Source of the DNA: Malacoraja senta | Taxonomy: Eukaryota | Direction: 5' to 3' | DNA length: 61,565 bases | Assembly (NCBI GenBank): GCA_038087875.1 | Contig: JAXLNO010001451.1 | Span: 124,001 to 185,565 of the forward strand | Shown here: positions 1 to 9,935 of the stretch, one piece after another | Layout: each line of letters opens with the position of its first letter | Numbering within the stretch: the stretch's first letter is position 1 | Made by a program: the position numbers and the translations under genes | Notes under the pieces: generated by a model | Database searches by the model: none | Told to the model about the DNA's origin: nothing | What the model saw: the letters and a program-made list of their open reading frames with translations, nothing else

Positions 1-351
1 CTGTATATTGATTTTACAAGAAACGCTGCCACTTACGGATGTGATTTTTGCCCATCTTCCTCAAAGTCCCCCTCCGCTGCGCAGGACAAGAGGAATTTTC
101 CCATTGATGAGAAATAAAAGAGTTATTAGTGTTTAAAAAATGTTGAGATTCTCTCTCCTGAAGGCCACCCCCCTTCCGGAAGGACTATAAAACCCAGAAG
201 TGTTGAGTGCCTCAGTCAGTCTCTGCAAGATGGGGGAGTGAGAGGGTCATGTCTCTCAGTCTGAGCTGTGAATAACACTGAACACATGTCTACTAAACTG
301 TGAGTGGTTTTACTGACCTGTCAGTGCCCTTAATGTGGTTTGAAAATATAG

Positions 352-687
352 TTTGGAAATGCTAAAGCTGTGTTGCCTTTGGTTTGGAAATGCTAAAGCT
401 GTGTTGCCTTTGGTTTGGAAATGCTAAAGCTGTGTTGCCTTTGGTTTGGAAATGCTAAAGCTGTGTTGCCTTTGGTTTGGAAATGCTAAAGCTGTGTTGC
501 CTTTGGTTTGGAAATGCTAAAGCTGTGTTGCCTTTGGTTTGAAAATGCTAAAGCTGTGTTGCCTTTGGTTTGGAAATGCTAAAGCTGTGTTGCCTTTGCT
601 TTGGAAATGCTAAAGCTGTGTGGCCTTTGGTTTGGAAATGCTAAAGCTGTGTGGCCTTTGGTTTGGAAATGCTAAAGCTGTGTTGCC
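352..687. repeat. Minisatellite, 31-bp unit TTGGAAATGCTAAAGCTGTGTTGCCTTTGGT, about 11 copies
   Basis: GCTAAAGC recurs at 361, 392, 423 and onward. Confidence 0.95.
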
Positions 688-780
688 TAATTAAAGTTGC
701 CTTGCCTAATTAAAGTTGCCTTGCCTAATTAAAGTTGCCTTGCCTAATTAAAGTTGCCATGCCTAATTAAAGTTGCCTTG
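683..780. repeat. Minisatellite, 19-bp unit TTGCCTAATTAAAGTTGCC, about 5 copies
   Basis: Direct reading; shares TTGCCT with the end of the 31-mer array. Confidence 0.93.
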
Positions 781-787
781 TCTTCTA

Positions 788-1636
788 TCTATATAATTAA
801 AAGTCTAATCTTGACCACTTCCTGTTTGCGCTTTATATTGATTTTAGAAAAAACGCTACCACATAAGGCTGTGATTTTTGGCCATCTTACTTAGAGTCCC
901 CCTCTGCTCATCAGGTGCCGAGGATTTTTCCCATCAATGAAAAATAAAAGAGTTATTAGTGTTAAAAAAATGTTGAGATTCTCTCCTGTCAATCACGCCA
1001 TGAAGGCCATGCCCCTTCTGATGGCGGGGGGGAGGGACTATAAAACCCGGAAGTGTGGGCGCGGCTCAGTCTCTGCAAGATGGGGGAGGAAGAGGTCACG
1101 ACTCGCTGTCTTTAGTGGCCTTGCACACTGCTTGAAATGGTATGAAACTGCACTTGAATTTGGTGACCTTGCACCCTGATTGAAGTGGTATGAAACTGCA
1201 CTTGAATTTGGTGGCCTTGCACCTTGCTTGAAGTGGTATGAAACTGCACTTGAATTTGGTGGCCTTGCACCCTGCTTGAAGTGGTATGAAACTGCACTTG
1301 AATTTGGTGGCCTTGCACCCTGCTTGAACAGGAATTTCAAGGAATAGCTGTGAGTCGACTGCCAGCCCACCAGCCGTGAGTGAGTGAGCTGCCAGCACAA
1401 TAGGCTTGAGTGACTGAGCTGCCAGCCCAAGAATCCATTCAGCCCACAATGTCCATACTAGCCCTCTGGAAACCAGTCCCTTCAGCCCACAACACCCATA
1501 CTAGCGCTCCAGAAAGCCCCCCCCCCCCCCCCCGCACTGGCCACCAATATTGGAATTGGTGGAGAGGTGGAATATTGCATTGGGGGTCCAGCCCTCCCGT
1601 GTGATGCTGGGACCCAACGGGTCCCACTTAGTCTAG
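788..1636 (+). mobile_element. Non-autonomous Helitron (copy A)
   Basis: 5' A|TCTATATAATTAAAAG; 3' hairpin TGGGACCC-AAC-GGGTCCCA (1608-1626) then CTAG|T (1633-1637); A/T insertion site, no TSD. Confidence 0.85.
1128..1329. repeat. Minisatellite, 48-bp unit, about 4 copies, inside Helitron A
   Basis: TATGAAACTG at 1141, 1189, 1237, 1285; explains the 16-aa repeats in overlapping spurious ORFs. Confidence 0.95.
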
Positions 1637-1664
1637 TAATCTATTATAAATAAGCAGTCAGATA

Positions 1665-1797
1665 CAGTACCCACCATAATGTTTGGGACAATGACTCATC
1701 ATTTATTCGTTTGCCTGTGCACTCCACAATTTGAGATTTGTAAAAAAAATTGAGAAATAAATCACATGTGGTTAAAGTACACATTGTCAGATTTTAA
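1665..1797. mobile_element. Solo, diverged Tc1 TIR fragment
   Basis: TA|CAGTACCCACCATAATGTTTGGGAC... aligns by eye with the TIR starting at 5325. Confidence 0.85.
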
Positions 1798-2304
1798 AAC
1801 TATTACATATCACCACGGATTTCTGCATACATTTAATCTGTGGTTCAACCAAATATTATAAACAGTTTGATCTTGGCTCAGTTACAGTATTCTAATTTCT
1901 CAGTCAAAGATCCAGGGACACGTTATAGGGCAGACACATGAGCACCCAGTTTAATCTTACATATTGTTCCACCATTGAGGCTTTTCAAAATAAGTGTGAA
2001 GAAGTGAAAGTCATGTTATTTTTTTTAATACATAGGTTTAACTTCATCTTCTGCCAACATTACAAAAATATGATATTTTTACTTCATTGTTCATTCTGTG
2101 ATTATGCTGCTCACAAATGAAGATACATTTACACATATCAGGTCTAGCTGGTTTAGGTGTGCCAAGGTAAATTATCCTGCTGGAAACCCCGAGCAGGACA
2201 CAGTTCTGCCATTGGACTCTGTGGTTCCTGTGACAGACAGAAAAGAGTGACAGATATACTGGCATCCATAACTCGGCAATTGAGACATACATCTGCTAAT
2301 TGTA

Positions 2305-4013
2305 TGTTTAAGAAAGAACTGCAGATGCTGGAAAAATTGAAGGTAGACAAAAAATGCTGGAGAAACTCAGCGAGTGAGGCAGCATCTATGGAGAGGAGGA
2401 AAAGTAGGGGATAGGCAGCATCTATGGAGAGAAGGAAAAGGCGACATTTCGGGTCGAGACCTTTCTTCAGACTGAAAGGAAGAGGCGGAGACAGTAGGCT
2501 TTGTGGGAGAGCTGGAAAGGAGGAGGGGAAGGAGGAAGAAAGCAAGGACTATCTAAAATTAGAGAAGTCAATGTTCATATCGCTGGGGTATAAATCACCT
2601 AAGAGAAATATGAGGTGCTGTTCCTCCAATTTGCACTGGGCCTCACTCTGGCAATGGAGGAGGCCCAGGACAGAAAGGTCAGATTGGGAATGGGAGGGGG
2701 AGTTGAAGTGCTGAGCAACCAGGATATCAGGTTGGTTGGTGTTGGGCGAAGCGATCGCCGAGCCTGCGCTTGGTTTCGCCGATGAAGAGAAGTTGACACC
2801 TGGAACAGCGGATGCAGTAGATGAGGTTGGAGGAGGTGCAGGTGAACCTCTGCCTCACCTGGAAAGACTGATTGGCTCTTTGGAAGGAGTCAAGGGAGGA
2901 GGTAAAGCGACAAGTGTCGCATTTCTTGCGGTTGCAATGAAAAGTACCCGGGAGGGAGCGGTTTGGGTAGGAAGGTACGAATTGACCAGGGAGTTACGGA
3001 GGGAACGGTCTCTGCGGAGAGCAGAAAGGGGAGGAGATGGAAAGTTGTGGCCAGTGTTGGGATCCCATTGGAGGTGGTGAAAATTTCACCTATAATAGAG
3101 GAGGGGAACCCCCCGTTCCCCAAAGAATGAGGACATCTCCGATGCCCTGGTATGGAACACCTCATCCTGGTTGCAGATGCGGCGTAGACGGAGGAATTTG
3201 GAGTAGGGGATAGAGTCCTTACTGGAAGACTGGAAGCAGGGTGGGAAGAAGTGTAGTCAAGATAGCTATGGGAGTCAGTGGGTTTGTAGTAGATGTCGGT
3301 CAGTAGTCTGTTGCCTGCGATGGAGATGGTGAGATCCAGAAACGATAGGGAGATGTCGGAAATGGTCCTGGTGAATTTGAGTACCAGAGGGAAATTAGTG
3401 GTGAAATGGATGAAGTCAGTGAGTTCTGCATGGGTGCAGGAGGTAGCACCAATGCAGTCATCAATGTAGCGGAGGTAGAGTTCGAGGATAGGGCCACGGT
3501 ACGCCTCGAACAGGGATTGTTCGACGTACCCTACAAAGAGGCAGGCATAGCTAGGGCCCATGCGCGTGCCCATAGCTATGCCTTGGATTTGGAGGAAATG
3601 GGAGATCAAAGGAAAAGTTGTTGCGGGTAAGGATCAGCTCCGCTAGGCGGAGGAGAATATTAGTAGACGGAAATTGGTTTGTTCTGCAGTCGAGGAAGAA
3701 ACTGAGGGCTTTAAGACCCTCCTGGTGGGGGATGGAGGTGTAGAGTGACTGGACATCCATAGTGAAGATGAGGGAGTGGAGGCCTGGAAAATGGAAGTCA
3801 TGAAGGAGACGAAGAGCGTGTGAGGTGTTTTGGACATCGGTAGGGAGGGATTTGACCAGGGGGGATAGGATGGAGTCGAAGTATGTGGAAATGAACAAGC
3901 AGAAACAATGTGTCTGGCAGGACAGTTGGGTTTGTGGATTTTGGGGAGAAGATAAAATCGGGCCGTGTGGGGCTGGGGAACGATGAGGTTGGAGGCTTGG
4001 GAGGGCAGGGATT
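2305..4013 (-). mobile_element. Penelope-like (Poseidon-type) retroelement, 5'-truncated, with 3' pLTR
   Basis: RT motifs TMDVQSLYTSIPH, GIAMGTRMGPSYACLF and YLRYIDD in frameshifted minus-strand ORFs; pLTR with hammerhead core at about 2443-2470. Confidence 0.92.
2549..4013 (-). pseudogene. Penelope RT plus GIY-YIG endonuclease remnant
   Basis: ORFs 3551-4018 and 2890-3609 carry consecutive RT motifs, split by frameshifts and deletions. Confidence 0.88.
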
Positions 4014-4246
4014 CTCACTTAGTTGTATTCGCACTTAATTAACAGTAATTCAAATCTGGAAAAGTTTTCCATGATATTTAGAAGACTTAAAACTACTCCC
4101 AAGTTATATGCTTAATTTACACCCGATAAAATTCAGACAACCATTCCTTTAGAAAAACAAAAATAGGGCACTTTTCAATTCCTTGCGGTGATTTTAATGT
4201 TGCAATACAACAAGGAAAAATTACACCGATTGCTTGGGAGCTAGAA

Positions 4247-4330
4247 TGGAATGGAATGGAATTCTTTATTGTCACGTGTCAAGGCACAGTGAAATTCTTT
4301 GCTTGCATACCCAAGGTAGGCAAATAGTCG
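4247..4330 (-). mobile_element. Short LINE/SINE 3' end with (CCATT)n tail
   Basis: ATGGAATGGAATGGAA-TTCTTTATTGTCACGTGTCAAGGCACAGTGAAATT has the same 3' architecture as the Rex1-like ends at 7363 and 25200. Confidence 0.55.
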
Positions 4331-4729
4331 TCACATCCGACCCTGACAAAGTTAGCAGAAAAACGTACAGATTTCCTAGGCACTGTCACTGTGCACTTTT
4401 TATTGTCTGCGGGTAACCAATGTTTCTTTTCTATGATTATGGTATTTAACCAAAGAATCTTCATGACAACCAAACACAAATCAAACACTTCTTTATGGGA
4501 GAGGATAGGCAAACAAGAAACAAATGTAACTAAAGCTATCTTCTTGCATCTCCTGGCAGCTTAAGTATAGTCCATACTGTACAAAGTACAAAAAATAAGT
4601 GGGTGGGGAAAATATCTAAGCTTGCATGTGTATGAACACATCCAATGAAATAACATTTGAAATGTAGTATGAAATGTAGCCTCAAAGCAATTTATCATAA
4701 AGGGCAATCAAACATAACCTTATAATGTG

Positions 4730-4935
4730 ATTTAGTGATGTTGGTTGAGATATAGAGACTAAGGGGACCCTTCTACCTTTCTTCAAGTTGTTCCACAAAA
4801 TCATTACTGTCTAACCAAATCATTATGTGAGGATTCGATTTAATACTTGTCCAAAAGACAGAACTAATCGAGAAGTGTCTGGATTAATATTTGATCTATG
4901 ACTTCCAGGTTGAAATGTAAACATATGCTACATCT
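4730..4935 (-). mobile_element. Possible ancient DeuSINE (SacSINE1/AmnSINE-like) remnant
   Basis: Degenerate resemblance to the recalled Deu-domain antisense sequence (cttcaagttgttcc...gatttaatacttgtccaaaagacag); weak. Confidence 0.3.
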
Positions 4936-5324
4936 CACTCAAGGATTGCATTCAGGATAATATTAATCTTCCTGAGAACAAATGAATTGTTCTTATATTA
5001 TTGGAACATAACTTTGAATAGATGGAGCTCAGCAGATAATATTTACTAATTTCTCGAAGTAGACCAGTTTTTCTGAAGCAAAATATTACTGAAATTTGTT
5101 CCAAATATTTCAAAGTATTAAACAGAATATTGGAACGAGTCAAAAACATTTTTTTTAAATGCACTTTTAAATACAAAAACAGAAAATGCTACAAAACAAC
5201 GTTATGCACTAATTCCATGGTGAGACAAATAGAATGAGAAAAAAAAACTTTCCTTGGAACCAAAATAATGTTATCCATGGCACCTCTAATATGCAACTGT
5301 TGATTGTTGCCAAATGTTTCTGTA

Positions 5325-6960
5325 CAGTGCCCTCCATAATGTTTGGAACAAAGACCCATCATTTATTTATTTGCCTCTGTACTCCACAATTTGAGATTTG
5401 TAATAGAAAAAATCACATGTGGTTAAAGGGCACATTGTCAGATTTTAATAAGGGCCATTTTTATACATTTTGGTTTCACCATGTAGAAATTACACCTGTG
5501 TTTATACATAGTCCCCCATTTCAGGGTACCATGATGTTTTGGGACACTGCAATGTCATGTAAATGAAAGTAGTCAATTTGTTGCATATCCTTTGCTTGCA
5601 ATGACTGCTTGAAATTTGTGATTCATGGACATCACCAGTTGCTGGGTGTCTTCTCTGGTGATGCTCTGCCAGGCCTGTATTGCAGCCATCTTTAGCATAT
5701 GCTTGTTTTGGGGGCTAGTCCCCTTCAGTTTTCTCCTCAGCATATAAAAGGCATGCTCAATTGGGTTCAGATCGGGCGATTGACTTGGCCAATCAAGAAT
5801 TTACCATTTTTTAGCTTTGAAAAACTCCTTTGTTGCTTTAGCAGTATGTTTGGGATCATTGTCTTGCTGTAGAATGAACTGCCGGCCAATGAGTTTTGAA
5901 GGATTTGTTTGAACTTGAGCAGATAGGATGTGTCTATACACTTCAGAATTCAATATGCTCCTACCATCAGCAGTTGTTTCATCAATGAAGATTAGTGAGC
6001 CAGTTTCTTCAGCAGCCATACATGCCCAGGTCATTACACCCCCACCACCGTGTTTCACAGATGAGGTGGTATGCTTTGGATCTTGGGCAGTTCCTTCTCT
6101 CCTCCATACTTTGTTCTTGCCATCACTCTGATTTGTTAATCTTTGTCTCATCTGTCCACAAGACCTTTTTCCAGAACTTTGGTTGCTCTTTTAAGTACTT
6201 CTTGGCAAACTGTAATCTGGCCATCATATTTTTGCGGCTAACCAGTGGTTTGCATCTTGCAGTGTAGCCTCTGTATTTCTGTTCATGAAGTCTTCTGCAG
6301 ACTGTGGTCATTGACAAATCCACACCTGACTCCGGAAGAATGTTTCTGATCTGTCGGACAGGTGTTTGGGGATTTTTCTTTATTTTCGAGAGAATTCTTC
6401 TGTCATCAGCTGTGGAGGTCTTCCTTGGCCTGCCAGTCCCTTTGCGATTAGTAAGCTCGCCAGTGCTCTCTTTCTTCTTAATGATGTTCCAAAAAGTTGA
6501 TTTTGGTAAGTCTAAGGTTTGGCTGATGTCTCCGTTTATTCTTGTTTGTCAGTCTCATAATGGCTTCTTTGACTTTCATTGACACAACTTTGGTCCTCAT
6601 GTTGATAAACAGCAATAAAAGTTTCCAAAGGTGATGGAAAGACTGGAGGAAAGACTAGGTGCTGAGGGCTCTCTGATACCTGCATTAAGGAGGCAATGAA
6701 ACACACTTGAGCAATTACAAACACCTGTGAAGCCACGTGTCCCAAACATTATGGTGCCCTGAAATGGGGGGACTATGTATAAACACAGCTGTAATTTCTA
6801 CATGGTGAAACCAAAATGTTTAAAAATGGCCTTTAATAAAATCTGCCAATGTGCACCTTAAGCACATGTGATTTTTTTCTATTACAAATCTCAAATTGTG
6901 GAGTACAGAGGCAAATAAATAAATGATGGGTCTTTGTCCCAAACATTATGGAGGGCACTG
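5325..6960 (-). mobile_element. Full-length Tc1/mariner DNA transposon, long IR/DR-type TIRs
   Basis: TA|CAGTGCCCTCCATAATGTTTGG...CCAAACATTATGGAGGGCACTG|TA; near-identical TIRs of about 220 bp with inner direct repeats; TA TSD. Confidence 0.97.
5573..6600 (-). pseudogene. Tc1 transposase (DD34E type), frameshifted
   Basis: ATG at 6600; VLWTDETK, VKHGGGGVMTW, QQDNDPKH and WPSQSPDLNPIE-type motifs across broken frames. Confidence 0.93.
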
Positions 6961-7342
6961 TATCTGCAATGTTCCTTTCAAAACTGGTTGACCTGGTGTA
7001 ACAATGGAAGTTGTTGTATTGGCTGAAAGCAGCACTTTTTGTCCTTATCAGGCAGTTTATTTCCACTCATTAAAGTGTCCGTTCAATACAGGATTCTATA
7101 GTGTACACTAATCCTGTTAGATAAACCTTTCAATTGATACTTCTTACAACTGAAACTGCCTGGTACAGTACTTACAAATTTTGCAACAATCATTTATGAG
7201 TGAATGACTAGTTGGCAGCAGAGTGATCCTTAACTTAGTGTCAATTCAGAAAGGTTGTACACTTTTATCTACATCTTCTTACAAAAGATGTTCTTGATGG
7301 AGATTTTTTTATTCAAATAGAGTAATTGTTCTTATATGGATT

Positions 7343-7477
7343 TTATGGTCAATAGTCAGGACGTTTTATTGTCATATGTCCTGAAACGGAGCATTGAAAT
7401 TCATACTTGCAGCTGCACATATACTAATATGAAAATATAGTATTCTGTGAACACCATAAACAACAACAAAAAGTTCA

Positions 7478-7525
<48 letters not shown>

Positions 7526-8047
7526 AAAATAAACTATGATAATGCAAAGACAAAAACAAAGCCCTCAACTCAATATATTTGGGAGCTTATTTGATGGTTG
7601 TAGTGTTTAACATCTTGATGGTTATAGGGAAGACGCTGCTCCTGAACATGTACATTATAGTTTTCAGGCTCTTATACCTGCTTCCCGATGGTCGGAGTGA
7701 AATTATAGTGTGCAATGGTGCAGGCTGCCTTTTTGAGGCAGCGACTCTTGTAGATCCCTTCAATCGTGGGACCCTTAATGGACTGGGCAGTGTTTACTAC
7801 TTTTTGCAGTCTTTTTCATTCCTGGGTGTTGCCAAACCAGGACGTGATGCAACCAGTCATTGTGTACCCCTGCAGAAGTTCAAGATAGTATTCGTTGACA
7901 TACCACATCTCCTCAATCTTCTAAGGAAGTAGAAGTGTTGATAGTCTTTCTTTACGATTTATCAATGTGCTTGGTTCAGGACAGATCTTCAGAGATATGC
8001 ATGCTCAGGAATTTAACGTTTTTGCCTCTTTTCACCACCATCCCGTC
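7343..8047 (-). mobile_element. Rex1/Babar-like LINE 3' fragment
   Basis: 3' end TTTTATTGTCATATGTCC...TGAAATT; body ggctgcctttttgaggcagcg and ccaggacgtgatgcaaccagtc; reverse-complement similarity to 24850-25260. Confidence 0.65.
7479..7522. repeat. (TA)22 microsatellite
   Basis: Direct reading. Confidence 0.98.
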
Positions 8048-8064
8048 GCAAGACACACAACTGC

Positions 8065-8625
8065 ATAAAAGTTAACATAAACATCCACCACAGTGGATTC
8101 CCCACATTCCTCACTATGATGGAAGGCAATAAAGTCCAATCTGCTTCATCTTTATTCTCCTGCGGTCGGGGCAGTCAAACCATCCGTTTGGGCGATCGAA
8201 GTTCCCGCAGCCAGCGATCGAAGCTCCCGTGTCGGGGCAGTCGAAGCTCCTGTGACTTGGAGCTCCCGAAGTCGCTCTCTAACCAGGGAACGCGAGCTCC
8301 ACGATGTTAAAGTCCGCAGGATCCCCCAGTTGGAGCTCCAAGGTCGATCCCTGGCAAAGGGATCGCAAGCTCCACGATGGTAAGTCCTGCAGGCTCCCGT
8401 GGTTGGAGCTCCTGAAGTTGGTCTCCAGCAAAGGCCGCCAACTCGATGTTAGGCCGCAGTGTGGACAGAGATACGATACGAAAAAAAATCGCATCTCCGT
8501 CGAGGTAAGAGATTAAAAAAAGTTTCTCCCATCCCACCCCCCACATAAAACCAGCTAAAGAACATTAAAATATCCATTTAACACATACTATAAAAACAAC
8601 AAAGAAGGAAGAGACAGACAGTGTG
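8065..8625 (-). mobile_element. CpG-rich non-autonomous retroelement, relative of 13241 and 17897 copies
   Basis: Shares AACATCCACCACAGTG...CCTCACT(A/G)TGATGGAAGGC and gatacga..aaaa..tcgca motifs with those copies. Confidence 0.7.
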
Positions 8626-9464
8626 TGTGCAGTGTGTGTGCAGTGTTTGAAGAAGCTCCTTGAAGCATTGCTTCTTGTTCTGATAGTGACAATAAAGGAA
8701 TAATAACATATGTACATCCAAGTGAATATTGTGCCCAAATTAGATGGGCCAGATATGAAAAATCAGGATCATTGCCAATGGGTCAGTCTGTTTCTTTCAT
8801 TTTTGAAATTGGGACCAATTGTTTGCTTCAGAAGGCATTATGAGAGAACCAAGTAATTTGGACACTGGAGCCGCATAGCAGCCAGGAAACAGATAATATG
8901 AAGTTTCCTTTCCTACAGGATTTTAGTGAACGAGCTAGGCTTTCATGACTATTCAAAAACCTCAGATATTTAATTCTTTAGATTTGCTGAATTTAAATTC
9001 ATTACTTTGTGGTAACTATCATAGTGGCTAATATCTCAGTGGTTTATTTTAGTGTTTTATGTATTAAGATAAAGTTCTCTGAATTAAGCAACTGACCGAG
9101 ATATCGTAATGTAAATAGAACAAATATTTTTTAGAATTGAATTTCTAAACTTCAAATTTGGTTTCTCAGAGGTAGCAGATTGAAAGTGACATTTGATATA
9201 TTGTGGTTAACCCAATTTATACTGCTTTGCTCAAACTTCAGTCACCAATTGTGAATAAAGTTTTCTGTCTCGATGTAAATTGTTATAAACACTGCCCAAT
9301 TATTTGATTCTTGGAATGTTTTTATATTTGGCAATGTATTAGTATGTAGATTTCAGGAAATAAAAAAGTTCAGAATGGATACAATTATCAAGCAATTGGC
9401 TTTTTCACTTAAGAGGGAAACTACTTTGTTGTTTCTTCTAAGTTGGATAAGCAACGAAATGTCT

Positions 9465-9935
9465 TATAGTCATAGAGTAAGTAATACAGCACGAAAACAG
9501 GTCCTTTGGCCCAACTCGTCCATGCTGACCAAGAAGTCCCATCTAAGCTAGTCACACTTGGCTCATTTCCCTCTAAATCTCTCCCAGCAATGTACCTCTC
9601 CAAGTGTCTTTTAAATGCTACCTGCCTCAACTACCTCCTCTGGCAGCTCGTTCCATATATTTACTACCCTCTGAGTGGAAAAAATTGCCTGTCAGGTTTG
9701 TATTAAATCTTTCCCGCTCATCTTAAACCTACGTCCTCTGGCTTTTTTATTCCCCTATCCTCTCTCTGTGCATTCACCTTCATAATTTTATACACATCTC
9801 TAAGATCTCCCCTCAACCTCCTGACTATAAGGAATAAAGTCCTAGCCTGCCCAACCTCTCCCTATAGCTCAATCCTTCAAGTCCTGGCAAGATCCTTGTA
9901 AATTTGCTCTGCATTCTTTCCAGCTTAATGACATA
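9465..9935 (-). mobile_element. CR1 LINE 3' fragment
   Basis: Antisense CR1 3' UTR (acagcacgaaaacaggtcctttggccc...) and RT C-terminal region. Confidence 0.8.

Larger units (their letters stand above)
1..780 (+). mobile_element. Non-autonomous Helitron 5' module (start upstream of window) with minisatellite cargo
   Basis: 1-345 is homologous to 15760-16110, which starts A|TCTATATTAC; followed by 31-bp and 19-bp tandem arrays. Confidence 0.7.

Noticed and set aside
352-780. 31-bp repeats as a CRISPR array
   Set aside because: Units are head-to-tail with no unique spacers, no cas genes, and the context is a vertebrate intron
937-1627. Repetitive ORFs (QGARPPNSSAVSYHFK etc.)
   Set aside because: Translations of the 48-bp minisatellite in several frames and both strands
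1608-1637. Hairpin as an intrinsic transcription terminator
   Set aside because: No U-tract; it is followed by CTAG|T and recurs at element ends, fitting a Helitron terminus
4279-4512. Peptide echo LPADNKK versus LAADNKK at 60709-60897
   Set aside because: Only a few residues match and nucleotide similarity is poor; likely chance
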